From positions 22,996,403-23,052,318 of the forward strand of contig NC_068991.1 of the NCBI RefSeq assembly GCF_001194135.2: a stretch of DNA of 55,916 nt, read 5' to 3'. The notes beneath the pieces were generated by a model. That model made no database searches. It was not told where the DNA came from and worked only from the letters and a program-made list of their open reading frames with translations. A program made the translations under genes and the position numbers. Origin of the DNA: Octopus bimaculoides. Its lineage: Eukaryota. This document shows, piece by piece, positions 23,784 to 37,808 of the stretch (the stretch's first letter is position 1; the number at the start of each line of letters is the position of its first letter).

Positions 23784-26700
23784 CACACAAGCACATACAT
23801 TTGGCATTTATATACATATATTTAGTATTTGTATATACATACAGGTGCAGGCAAGGTTGTGTAGTAAAGAAGTTTACTTCCCAACCACATGGCTTGGGGT
23901 CCCCTCCCACTGCATGGCACCTTGGGAGAGTGAATTTGGTAGGCAGAAATTGAAAGAAGCCTGTTGTGTGTGTGTGTGTGTGACTGTAAATGAGTGTCGC
24001 TGTCATACAAGAAGTGTATGACAGTCCTCTGCATTTCCAGTCCTCTGTGTAAACATGACCATGAGGAAATACTATTTTCCATGGTAACAGATTAGGGCTG
24101 GCAGCAAGAAGAGTGTCTGACCAAAGAAAATCTGCCTCACAAAACTCCATCCTACCCAAGCAAGCATGGAAAAGTAGATGTTAAAACAATGATGATACAT
24201 ACACATATATATTTTGCATATAACATTATATATATATAGAATAGGTACAGACATGCCTATATGGGTAAGAAACTTGTTTCCCAACCATGTAGTCTTGTAT
24301 GCAGTGCCTTGTGCAAGTATTTTCTACTATAGCACTGTGCCAACCAAACCCTTGTGAGTGGATTTGGTAGACAGACACTGAAAGAGGCCTATTATATATA
24401 TATATAATGTGTGTGTCGGTCAGTGCATACTCTCATCTTGCATCATACAATGATTGTAAATGAGCATCATCATCATACAAATGATGTTCATTTCCAAGTC
24501 TTCAATGAAAACCATGTCTGACCATAGGAAAATATTACCTTCATTAGAAACTAGTGAGGGTTGGTGACAGGAAGGTAGAAAATCTACTTGAACAAAGTAT
24601 CTAGCCCATGTAAGCAAAGAAAAGTGGACATGAAACAACGATGATGATATACATATGTATGTCTGTGTGTATTGAGCATATATCATGCTTGCATGAGTTA
24701 GATGGAATTCACTGAGGCAAATTTTTTACATCTATATGCCCTTCCTATTGCTAATCCTCACCTGTTTCTAATGGCTAAACATGTTTCCATGTAAGTTTGG
24801 TAATAAACAATGCTTGTATATATATATTTATCAGATGAATGTATATTCATCCTTTAATAGGAATTATTTTCCTTAGATTTCTAATGCCTTTTCTTCATAT
24901 TTTACTTTCGAATTTTTTTTAAAAAAGCTGTACAGGTATGAAAGCTTGTATAGAAACAATCAGTATATAACTTAAATTATTAAACAAAGGAACACCACAC
25001 AGAAAAATGGAAAATTACAAAAAGAGACTACATACATTCTTTAAGAACCATGGCCTATCAATATCAATTGAAAAAGAAAATAACTCTGTAAACTTTCTTG
25101 ATGTTAACTTTAACCTTAAAACAGGTATTCACCAACCTTATCAAAAACCTAACGCTAACATTATATATATATAAATGCAAATAGTAATCATCCACATAAT
25201 ATTATAGAGAACCTTAGTATGAATATCGAGAGAAGAATTAATTATCTATCTCAAAATGAAGAAGTATTTAAGAAACACAAAGGTAATTACATTACAGCAC
25301 TTAAGAAGGCAGGATATAGTTATGAAATTAAGTACAATAAGAACTGCAACATCATGGAAAATCAAATTGAAAAGAAGTACAAAAATAATAAGGATAAAGC
25401 TAAAGATTTAGACACCTACAAAGAAATAGTATATCCTCACAAAGTAAGGATGAAAATACCCCAAAACAATTATAAATATAACAAACATGTTAAACAGGAT
25501 TATTACAATAAAGAAATCAAGCCAATACATGGAGAACATAATACCAAAAAAAAAAAAAATTAAAATAGGAACAAGAATCATAATAATAATAACACAAATG
25601 ACAATAAACTGAAAAATAATACTTGGGTAAATAACAATTATAACGACCTTCAAATAAAGAATATGAATAAAAACAAAAAGATAAGAAATAAGAAAAATAT
25701 AAATTGTCCAAGTACGATTATTAACAAGAATAATAAAATGATAATAATGATGATAATAAAAACCTAGAAAGGAAGAAACTAAATACCTTGTGTGAGAATG
25801 AATGATATTGTGACTAAAAATCAAAGTATGAGTAAGGTAGACCCAGATAAAACTACTTGGATCATAATACCTTTCGCTAAAAAAATTAAAGACAAATTTT
25901 ATTAAATCTATTTAAAATATGGAAAAAATATTTAATAAAACATATAAGATTTGGATTTTCTGTTTCTTCCAACCTTTTAAGGATAATATCTTCCTTTAAT
26001 AATAAAAAAAACTCTGATTTATTCTATGTAAATAAAAAAAAAACACAAATTGATACTAAAGCACACAACAAAAAAGTAGAACATAATAGTGTAAACAACA
26101 TCTTTAACAATATAAATACCTCTACTAACAATAACTTATATAACTCAACAAAGAATAATATTGCATTATCTAGACAAAATATAAATTGTAATTGTAGAGA
26201 CTCAAATACATGCAAGTTAGACAGGGATTGCAGAAGAAAAAATGTATACCAGGCAACAATAATAACACAAGATATGACTAAGTTCTATTATATCGGATCG
26301 ACACAGAATTGGATTAAATTAAGAATTGCAAACCATTCAGGGGCCAAAACAAAATGAATAGTACAGGACTTTTAAAGAAAATATGGCATCTCAAAAAAAA
26401 AAAAAAAGTTAATTTCACAATCAAATGGAACATTTTAGAACATGCACCTTGTTACAAAATTAACAATAAATTCTGTAGATTTTGCCTAGAGGAAAACTAT
26501 AAAATAATGAAAAGAAAAGGGAACCTAATTAATAAAAATGCGAAAGTTTTTTCATGTAGACACATAAGTAGGTACCAGTTTATTAAGCTAAAGTGATTTA
26601 TTGATATGATTTAATGTCACCTAAACATCAACTTTTCTTAAAATATAACCACTATGTAAATTATAGATATACCATCACATTATATATTAATAGCTAATTT

Positions 26701-29700
26701 GAACTATACAATTGAAGAATTCTAATATAAATCAATAATACCCTAATAGTCAAAATTAACTAATTGATTTATAACCAAACAAAATGACTATAATAGCTTA
26801 TTTGGACCAATCAGATTTTTAAAAAAAATACGTATATCCATGTTTTAAGTATGAAATACCTATAGATTTAATATCCATGTTTAAGTATGAAATACCTATT
26901 GATTTACATGTACAATCAGATCCATTTCTGAAGGTGTATATTTTTCTGATTGTACATGTAGATGATCTTAACACCCAGAATTTGCGAAACAAGATATTTG
27001 TATGTCTATATGTGAATGCAGATATGTATGTATATATATATATGTATGCATGTGTGTGTGTATATATATATGAATGTATATGTATGTATGTAGGTTACAC
27101 CTATCCATTGCCACTATATAGAGTATGGGTGTATGTGCCGATACACACACACAAGAATATATGGACTTATTCTCAGAGAGTGTGTAAATCAAAGTGGCAA
27201 ATACACAATTTATAATTTCTATATAGATTGATTTAAACATGTAGAATATATTCTTATCGGGCAAATATGTAGGTGAGAGAAAATCTTTCACCATATGTAT
27301 TTGCTTATTTGTGTTTTTTCTTTTGTATGTGTATATGTATGTATATCTAGGTATGCACATGTAATTCAGTATATATTTTTGTAAAAAATCATGATTGTAT
27401 ATAAGCATATATACAGAAAGAATTTGTAGATAGTATTTGATAGGAGAAAGCATTGGTCATTCCCCTAAAATTCTGTATAGATATTTAAATATGATCTCTG
27501 ATGAAGTTTTGACTAATCAATACATGCTTTCTTCAGTCCTGCAAAGGACTTACAGTCATTTGCCCAGAAGTGACAAAAAGCACATCTAACTACAGTATTG
27601 TTTTTGTGAACGTTCATATAATATTTCAGTCCACCTCCTGATGTATATTTTTTTCTACATTCCCCACATGTAGAAATGCCATACAATGCAGAATCAACAA
27701 CTCCCTCATGTGTGTGGATTTTTTATGACTTCTAAGGCTTGCCTTACTTTATCAGACACAACCGCACTCATCACGTTTTAAATTGGGCTGAGTACCAAAA
27801 TTCTCAGGCAAATTAAATTTAAAAGCCTTATGAACATCTCTCTTGAGCTTTTCATGCTCAATGATTTCATTTGAATTCTCTCCTCCCATCATACACTGCT
27901 TTCTTCCGCAATGAACAACATAGAGCAAGGTTTTTCCATCCATTTTCCAAAATTTCGACCATCTCCACTGTATTTTTAATGCAGTTGTTATACCTTATTT
28001 CAGTTTGTGCACTGGTCATTTACCTTGGGCTAACTCACCAAATAGAAATTGCTTAGGGATCCAATCATCTTCCATCATGATCACCTAACTACTCCATTGT
28101 AATCTGTGCTGAAATACTAGAAATGCTGTACTGGTAGACTGACTGCATTCAATAACTTCACTGTCACCCACATACATCAGCCATTGGATACTCAGTATAC
28201 AGTAGAGACACCATTGATGAAATGGCTCCAGCCTTTCCATGTCTCAAGTAACCCAGATCTCACAAATATACAGTAACAAAGATAAAACACAAGTATTGAA
28301 ATTACACACCGAGACCATAAATATCTCACCAATTTTCCAAATGCATCACTGGCTTTTTGATTCGGAAGTAGATTTAATCAAGAGTATTTGACATGTTCAC
28401 AGTACTTCCTAAATACACAAATGAGTCCACAACCTGCAATTTTTATCTATACATATAAATGTTTGGCTCAGAGTAGGGTTTACCTGGTGCAGGTTGGTAC
28501 ATTATGACTGTCTTTTTTAGGCTGATTGAGGAGTCCATAACATGGTGTATATTACTCTGAGAGTGAACATTTAAAATCATAGTCATCAGCTCACAGGAAT
28601 TTATATATTAGTGATGAGAACAGCTTCGTTTTTGGTAGCAAACTGTTTTATATTTAATATCCTATTCATTGTTCAGTATTTGATGTAAACCCCAAACATG
28701 CAACCCTCAAAAGCCATCAAGAAAACTATAGCAAAGTACAATGCAAACAGAGTTGCAGCTGGTATATTCCCTTGCTTAACACCATTTTCAACCAAAATTA
28801 GATCAGAGAGCTTACCATAAATGTTGACACATGCTTTCATTCCATCATGAAATGTCTAAGCACAGAGATAAACTTATCAGGACACCCACGTTTCTTCAGA
28901 ATGTTCCAGAGCATTTCTGTTCTTAGTATCAAAAGCCTCAGTCAGATCAACAAAGGTTTGATACAGGTCCATCTGCTCAATGTACTTTTCCTACAATTGC
29001 ATAATAATAAAGATCATATCTACTGTCCTCCTACCATGTTTGGCAAGAACTTCCTCAGCTATGTTGTTGAGAAGTCTGTCCAGCATGATCCTAAACAATA
29101 CCTTGCCTACAGTCATCCGTCTTACTTTTCCCTTTATAGAGAACAACTATCAGTGTATATTTTTCTAATCACTTGGAACATGCTCTTCAAACCAAACCTT
29201 TTACATGGTTCCTTACCTCACACATCAGGATCTCAGCACAGAGATCATCCATCCTGGGCAACTTACCACCATTTAGCTTTTTTACAGCACTTCCAAGTCT
29301 TTCAAGGAGTTACTGCCAAATGGTCTTTTGTGAGCATTCAGGGAATCAAGCCAACAAATTCATCATCAGCCTGATAAGGCCTATTTAAGAGTTCATCTAA
29401 GTTCAGTAACAAAAAGCAAACACACTTGCATACATAGACGCACAAAAAAAAAAGCACTTACTTTCTTCTTCCTCTTCTTCTCCAGAGCCTTGAGAACGTT
29501 GGTTTCTATCAGCAGGAGGGCGATTATTAGCTTCTGAATTTGGATCATTCTCCATTTCGCCAAGGGCATCAATAGCTCGGCGTGCTGTTTGGGAATCAAT
29601 ACTGTTGGTTAAGTTGTGAGCATCAACATCATTACGGTAGATATTAGTTCCTGCTTCTGGGTTAGATGTAGCATTTGTAGCTAACAATGTAAACAGAATC

Positions 29701-32700
29701 ATTATTAGGAGTGTGAGTATGTGAGAGAGTGAGAGAGCTGTATGTCTGTGCATAGTGCTGAATAAGATATATCAAGACTACAATATCTCAAAAAGTACAA
29801 AAAAATGATGTTATCTGGATCCCCAAAACTGAACCAATTTATCTCCTATGCCATTAATTAGACCTTAACTAAGTAACAACTTCTAAAATAGTCACAAAAG
29901 TATACAGGCGTTTTTTTGAGGAAGGGAACAACTGATCTAACTGATCCCTCTGTTTGGCAGGTTCTTTCTTTACCGCCTCTAGAAAGATGAAATGTAAAGC
30001 TGATGATAGCAGGGTCTAAACTCCAAATACACCTCAAGGTATTTTGAGTTCTGATATAAGAATAATTTTTTACATTGGTACTAGGTGTCAACTATATAAA
30101 GCAAGCATGGGCAACCTTTATCAAGACACATGGCACATGAGACATGGATCATCATCAGGCAAGCCACACTACAAAAAAAAAAGAAACTCCCATGGGTTGC
30201 AGGTTGTCCATGATTGCTAAAAGAGAAGAGTGCAAACCACTTCAGTAGATTTATTGGCAGGGTGCTGATTTTTTAAATTCTTTAGAAATGAAAGACAAGG
30301 TAAACTCTGAATGAGTTGAAAGCAGAATAAACAGACAGAATTAATACAGTATTTCATTTATTTATTCAGTCATTACACTGTCTCACTTATTTTTCTGGCT
30401 TAAAGCTCCTGGATAACTCCCTACTTTGGTACAACACCACAATTATATATCCTTTTCTATTCTAGGCACAAGTCCCGAAATTTTTGGAGAGGGGGCCAGT
30501 CGATTAGATCAACCAGAGTACACAACTAGTACTTAATTTATCGATTCCGAAAAGATGAAAGGCAAAGTCAACCTCAGCGGAATATTGAACTCAGAATGTA
30601 ACGCAGACAAAATACTGCTAAGCATTTTGCCCAGTGTGCTAACGTTTCCGCCAGCTCACCGCCTTACCACAATTATATATTAGACACATAATGGGCATAT
30701 ATTTGCCAGTTAGTTTATGTTCTGAGTTCAATGCTACCAAAATCAACTTTACTTTTCATTATATAGGATTAACAAAATGGTACCAGTTGAGTACTGAATC
30801 AATGTATTTATTTCCTCCTCTCCTCAAATATTTGGCCTTGTGCCAAAATTAAAAAGAAGTATTCATTATTATTATAGAAAGGATTGAGGTAATTCCTCCT
30901 GAAGATATAGAGTCAAAATGAAGTAGATTGACAAATTTATTTTTTGAACCAGCTGAAGACACACAAGATGTCGTCACTAGATAACAATATTATTATTATT
31001 ATTATTATTATTATTAAAAGCAACAAGCTAGTAGAATTGTTATTACACCGCACAAAAATGCTTAGCAGTATTTCTATCCAACTCTAATTCTGTGTTTCAA
31101 ATTGTGCTGAGGTCAAATTTGCCTTTCATCCTTTTGAGGTCAATAGAATAGTACCAGTTGAATACTAGGGTTGATACAATTGGCTAACTCCCTCCCACAA
31201 AATTTCAGTCCTTTTGCCTATAGAAGAAAGAATTATTGTTATTATTATCATTATTTGTATGCATAGCTGAAAAAGCTGAAGGGAAAGATAATATAGAAAA
31301 CAGCTATTACCTGGTGAAGAATGGACATCTGTAGCGAGTGTTGAAGTACTGTTTGCACCAGAATCTCTTTTAGGTGACTCATCTGCCATGGTAACAATCT
31401 GCCATACCATTGTGGCTGAAATAGTGAAAGATTCATTAGAAGAAACACAGTTCAGTTTTTTTGTGACTATATTCCTTACATATTGATTGTGTAATAGTTC
31501 TCAATAAATTCAACTTAGGAAAGAGTTTATCTGTAACTTTTATATAAGATACATTACTGTGGATCAGATGTACTCACAATCACAAGATCGTGGGTTCAAT
31601 TCCCAGACTAGCAGTACATTGAGTTTTTGAGCAAAACACTTCATTTCATATTGCTCCAGTCCACTCAAATGCGACAGACCGCAACAATTAACTCTCTACA
31701 AACCTCAGAAGGAACCCACAGTGTGAAATCACTCTTACATCTGAATGGTGCCACTGTTACACACATACAATTGATTGGTAAGAAGTCAATCACAATTACA
31801 TTCTAACTTCTAGCCAACAGACGTCTCCACTTTCTGTTTTTTCTATTGTTACTGCTGTAGTCTCGGCTCATCAGAACCAGACGGTTTCTTGCCACTTCCA
31901 CTCATGCACAATCAGTTCATTCATTTCTTCAGCTCTATCATTCATACCATGTCCATCTCCATCTCCAATATACTAACCATTAGTCCCAGTTTTTCTTCCC
32001 CAGAATTCTGGCTGTCTGAAATTCCCTTTCTACACATGCAGCTGTAAAGTTGCAACTGTACAAGAGCAATATTAACAGTATCAATTTCACTTGTCTCAGA
32101 AGGACTATGAAAGACACAAGGACAGCCCCTTCCTCCAGACCAAACCAAATAACTGTACTTCATTACTACTCAACATCATTATCACCACCCTACATCCTTA
32201 CTGCCATTGCATTACACCAATTACCTTCACTCTTATCAAATAAGAAAGATGCGTATTTTGAAGTACATAGAGTTGTACAGTACCACTGCTGAGGTATGAA
32301 CTCACAACTTTTTGGTTGCATGACCAACATCCAATCTACTTTATCCAAACACACACACACAGAGAAACACTTGAAACACACTTACAGGAATATATCAAAG
32401 CTGGGAAAATATCTTCGTTTCTGTGCTGAGCTGTCTCTACTAAGACACGTAGAGGACCTTTAGGACAAAGTACAGCAACTAAATCTGAAAAAAATATTAA
32501 CCATCTTTCAAAATAGAAATATAAAAAAAATTATCAACATGTAATGATATCTCCACCTTAGTTCAATATACTTGCTTTTCCTTCCTATCATGCTTCACTT
32601 CTTAAATTCCTAGTGAACACTTTGCTCAACTCTTTCCATTCCAAAACCATGACAGTGGAGCATCTCTTTTGTCTATGAATTCCAATTAAACTTTAGTTAA

Positions 32701-35700
32701 TTGTTTCATGGATGAGTGCTGGATAAAAGAAGTGATGTATGCAAACAGTGAATGGCATTTATGGTAGAAGTACATGGGAAGAAGTGATGACATTTCAGAA
32801 TATTAACAGGGTGTGACAACTTGTTAACATTGCAGTCTTGTCTTACACCAGAATAGAGGGAATAAATTATGATAGTGATGAACAATCAATCAATGGAGCT
32901 GATGCTTAACTCAAATTTCTGAAACAAATCTCTCTTCAGATAGTGGCTTCATTGTTGTAGATATTTAACCTAGAAATGTGTTGCATTTCCAACAGTTAGA
33001 TAATATGAAAACTGAAGAATTGCACCTTGTCCATTGATGCAATAAGACAAGTGCATGAGATATGGACACAAAACCTATGAGTTGGTAGTTAAATATCTTA
33101 TACTGTTGACCAGTTTGCCATCATATTTAAACATAGTAATATTGCTTCTCATCCACTTATCCAGAACACTCAGTTTAGGAAAAACTTATAGATGATTAGG
33201 ACAAACCAAGCACTCACCAATCTTGTTTTTCTTAATCTGCTTGAACTCAATTCATCTTTTAAATGAGACTGAGCAATAAAACAGACCAAACATTAAGTTA
33301 ATTCCACTCCAGTTACTATACATCCTCTGCCTTCATGGTCATACAGTCTTTCCAATTATTTACAAGTCATTTATCTTCATAGTCATACAACAGTACACTT
33401 CTGGCCCCCTAGACCATAGTTTCTACAGTTGCTTCAAGACTTCTCGTTAGAGGTATACAGTATCACCTTTATCGTGTAGGCATTACATAGCTTCTATTAT
33501 TATTGTGTCCTCATTAGAATATAGTATTCCAGCTCTAACAAATACAACCATAATCTGTACTAATGTGTTACTAAGTTGTTACCCTAGCATCTCACACAAT
33601 TACAAGCACAGACACAGAGAGCAGAAGAGAGAAGGAAACATAGATATCACTAAAAGGAAATACTTGCAAAGATAAGCAATGTATTACATATAAGGTAATT
33701 TTTGAAGGTTCACTAACTATTGTCAACAATCAAGACCAACAAGTGATTTATACTTACCCCAGAAAACCATAATTCCAAGCACTGACCAAGTAGTCCAATC
33801 AGGTAAGTATTTAATAAAAATAAGTGCCATCAAAGCACTAATCATCAGGAGGTAGGCTTGCTGCAATAACAATGGGCCCTTCCAGTGAATGCAAATCATT
33901 CCAATGACCCCAAAGTTCCACATTAAAATGGCCACAGTGATGTAGTCCATGGGAGCATTGTAAGCTTTTAATACTTCCCTACCAAATAGAAAAAGAAACT
34001 GTTTTACATGCAGTAACTGTGTGCTACCAGAACTATCTCCTGACAGTCTATGATCAAAAGTCAGTAAATTATCTTAGAATACTCAAAACATATTAAAGTA
34101 ACATATTTATTTACAATATAAAGTAATTAAATAAAGCAATAACCATTAAATAATGCCACCAGTAGGTACTCAGTGTAATGTAATGAACAGTGAATAATTA
34201 TGTATAATAGTAACCTTTACAACCCAGAAGCTATGGAACTAAAAGGACAGAAATAGATAACACTGTGTAACATAATTTTTGCCCTTGAATAAAATTTCCT
34301 ATTTGCTTACCCCTAGAAAATATGAAAAAGGGCTAATATTCCCTTCAAACTTTGCTTTTGTTACATTTATCCAAACCCCAAAGAATCCCTCTCAACACAT
34401 GGCTATGATGCTCCCACACTACTGCTGCTCATGATCAAAGATGCACATATTGTCAGCCACTAAGGGACATGCTCAAGTGGTTATGGTCAAGCAACTGACT
34501 AGCAAATCTGAGGTATTGAGCAGAATATTTGCTATAATGACATTTCTGCTTCAGCAACTCAGTACTGAATCTGTCTAAAATGTAATGGAAAATAGGTCAG
34601 TTAAAAAAACACTGATGTCCAGGTCACAAAGGCAAAGTTTGAAGGGAATAGCAGCCATTTCCTTTGATTTCTAGATAGAAACAAATAGGAAATAACACTT
34701 ACTAACGAAAGAAAAAAAATATTAATTTTGTTACACGGTATCCAAAATTTCAGCTAGTGAAATTCAGATAAATTTCATCAATTGTTATTCGCAATCAAAA
34801 ATGTAAGTGTGAAATAATCTATCCAGTTTTCCATCTGTTAAATAGAAATAATTATAGTTCCCATTTTTCTTTTTAATTTCAACATAAATTAAAGAAATGT
34901 TGCTTAAAAATTACATTCACATGACTTTTCTTTTTTTTTTTTTATAGATTTATTCACTGTTCACTTCCTGTGCATATTTCTTTGTACTGTTCATGCAGTT
35001 TTGGTTACTTTCTTTTCAATGAGTTGTAGTGCACCTGAGCACTAAATAAATTAAATAAATCCCTTACAATGGAAAAACTACAGAAATAAAATATGATGAT
35101 TCATGTTGTGCAATAGTAATTTGAATAGGAAAAAAACGTCAGACCAGTTTGTATTGAGAAAACTTCTTTATAATATCATTCTTTAGAACTCCCATAGGGT
35201 GCTTTGTTAAAGTCTTTAAGACTATACCCCTCTAGGTCTGACCAAAAGAGGGTTAACTAGCAGGCATAATTAATTAGCGGTTTAGTTACCATTGCTACAG
35301 TTGTTACTTAGCCTCAGATCAGCCCTGATCAAGTAGACATTCTTGCCACAATCATCCAATCTTTGCAAACAATTTCTCAAACTACGTTACTCAATATGCC
35401 CTTTCTTTGTAAAAAGGAAAACAAGTGTAATTTAAGAAGGATTTGGCTGCTGTTTCTAGATGATCAAACATTTTTTTCATTTGCTTGCATGGTTACTGGC
35501 ATTAGTAACAAGTATTTAAGATTTGGTTTAATTAGAACAAGTCTGGTGATACGAGCGTTGCTAACTCCAACCAATAAAGGGAGGGAAGAATCAGGAACGT
35601 TATTCCTCAGTTGAAGTTAAAATGAATAAAAATCAATTACTATTATGAGTGAACCTAAATTTGTTGAAATTTTGTCAACAACAGAAACAGACAAAAACAA

Positions 35701-37635
35701 ATTGGTTAGTTTCAGTGTTAGGAGATTGGCAATGTGCAACACTTACCCTAAGTACATGTAGGAAAACATAAAGAGCAACAAGAGGGAGGATACAATAAGC
35801 CAGCCATGTATGACCTACAAGATGGTGGGAAAAAAAAGAAATAGAAAAGGAAAACAAATATCAGAATGTTTGACAGATAAGAATCAATAAAACAAATAAT
35901 CTTTAAAAGTATTGTACTCGAGAAACATGTTTTATTTTTTCACAGACGCTTCTAAATGAAATACTAAAAATTATGTCTTCAATCAATAAAATAAATAGTA
36001 GCAGTAGTAACATTGCATTAGTACACTGACTTTCCACAACCATTAAAATTTATAACCTCATGCTTAACTGAGAAATTATCATTATTATTATTATTTTAAA
36101 TTCAAATTACGACAAACGTAAATAAACAAACGAAGTTTGCTTTTAGAAGCGTTGAGATGTCTTAGAAAGTTAAAGAAGTGATTTTAAATTCTCAATCGCA
36201 GAATAATGCTAATAATATAGCCTGAACAGGATAAACTACCCCTATTTTGCAGAGAAAAGTGTAGGTGGCTAGCTGTGGACTAGAACTCACATCCCCGTGA
36301 TTACGCGTCACGATGCTTTGACCGATTAAGCTAAACTACCCACTACAAATTCCTATTATTATTATTATTATTATTATTGTGAGAGCGCATAGCTTAGTGG
36401 TTAGTGTATTGCACTCATGATCTAGCAATCATGATTTCAATTCCTAGATCAAGTGGTGTGTTGTGTTCTTGAGCAAAACACTTCATCTTACATTGCTCTG
36501 CAATCACTTCAACACTTGACATGTGGTGCACAGTGCACCTGTTCAGACAATGTCGATTTGATGGAGAAAGTGAGCTAATGTGCGGCACGAACATTTGATC
36601 ACTATAAACAAATCATTTGTGCAGATCGTTCGGAAAAAACTGAATGCTCATACATCTTCTTTGATGGGAGAGTCCATCATCATCATCATTGTAAAGGTGA
36701 TGAGCTGGCAAAGTTGTCACCATACTGGACCGAATGCTTGGCAGCATTTCTTCTGGCTTTATGTTCTGAGTTTGAATGTAGTCAAAATCAACTTTGCCTT
36801 TCGTTCTTTCAGGGTCAGTAAGATATTAGGATATGATCTGAGGGAATTTAGCACTTATTTCTAACAGGTTGAGACCTCAAAGATACTTACTAGTTGATTT
36901 GGGTATTGCATCAATTGATGCAATAGCAGCAGATTAACTGCTATACAGTGCAGTAAGAGGAAGAATAACTAAAATATTGTGAGATGTGAGATGGTCAGTG
37001 AAAAACCAGAAACAAAGTAATATACTACCAGAGGGAAGTTAAATCAGTAACAGTACATTGTGGTGAGAGACAGATTGACAGTGTTGTAAGATGGGAAGCA
37101 GATTAACAGTAATGTTGTCAGGTGGGAATCAGATTAACAGTGATGTTGTAAGATGGGAGATAGATTAACAGTGATATTGTATGATGGGAGAAAGATTAAG
37201 TGCAATAAGGTAAGTTGGGAGACAAATTAACTGAGATGTTGTAAGATGGGAGACAGATTAACAGAGACATTGTCAGATTGGAGGCAGACTGTGTGTGACA
37301 GGAACTGATTAGAGCATTAGACAGTGTGACAGGGACAAAAGATTAACCAACTGGCTGGAAGAGAGCAGAGATTAAATAATGTAGAGTATTATAGTGGAGG
37401 GACATACTAACCAAGATGGCATACAACAAGAAAAAGCATAACTGATGCACTGTGTGTACAGCTAACTGTCACCCATGAGCAAGTAAGATATGTACCATGC
37501 TTTTGCTAATTGTTTTTCTATGCTTATGAAGTCGTGACTTGAAATAGACACTCTTCCGGTTCCTTCACCCTTCATTCAGCAGCATATCCAGGATGTAAGA
37601 GAGAGAGAGAGAGAGATATTGAGCGAGAGAGAAAG

Positions 37636-37673
<38 letters not shown>

Positions 37674-37772
37674 NNNNNNNNNNNNNNNNNNNNNNNNNNN
37701 NNNNNNNNNNNNNNNNNNNNNNNNNNNNNNNNNNNNNNNNNNNNNNNNNNNNNNNNNNNNNNNNNNNNNNNN

Positions 37773-37808
<36 letters not shown>

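Noticed and set aside
23338-24159. 273-aa minus-strand ORF
   Set aside because: It runs through two N gaps, SINE fragments and microsatellite, with no protein homology.
25408-25824. 138-aa hydrophobic minus-strand ORF resembling a membrane protein
   Set aside because: It is the reverse complement of the A-rich Penelope linker; T-rich codons produce the apparent hydrophobicity.
36266-36341. Functional tRNA-Thr(CGT) gene
   Set aside because: It lacks U33, has acceptor- and T-stem defects, and is better explained as a SINE head or pseudogene.
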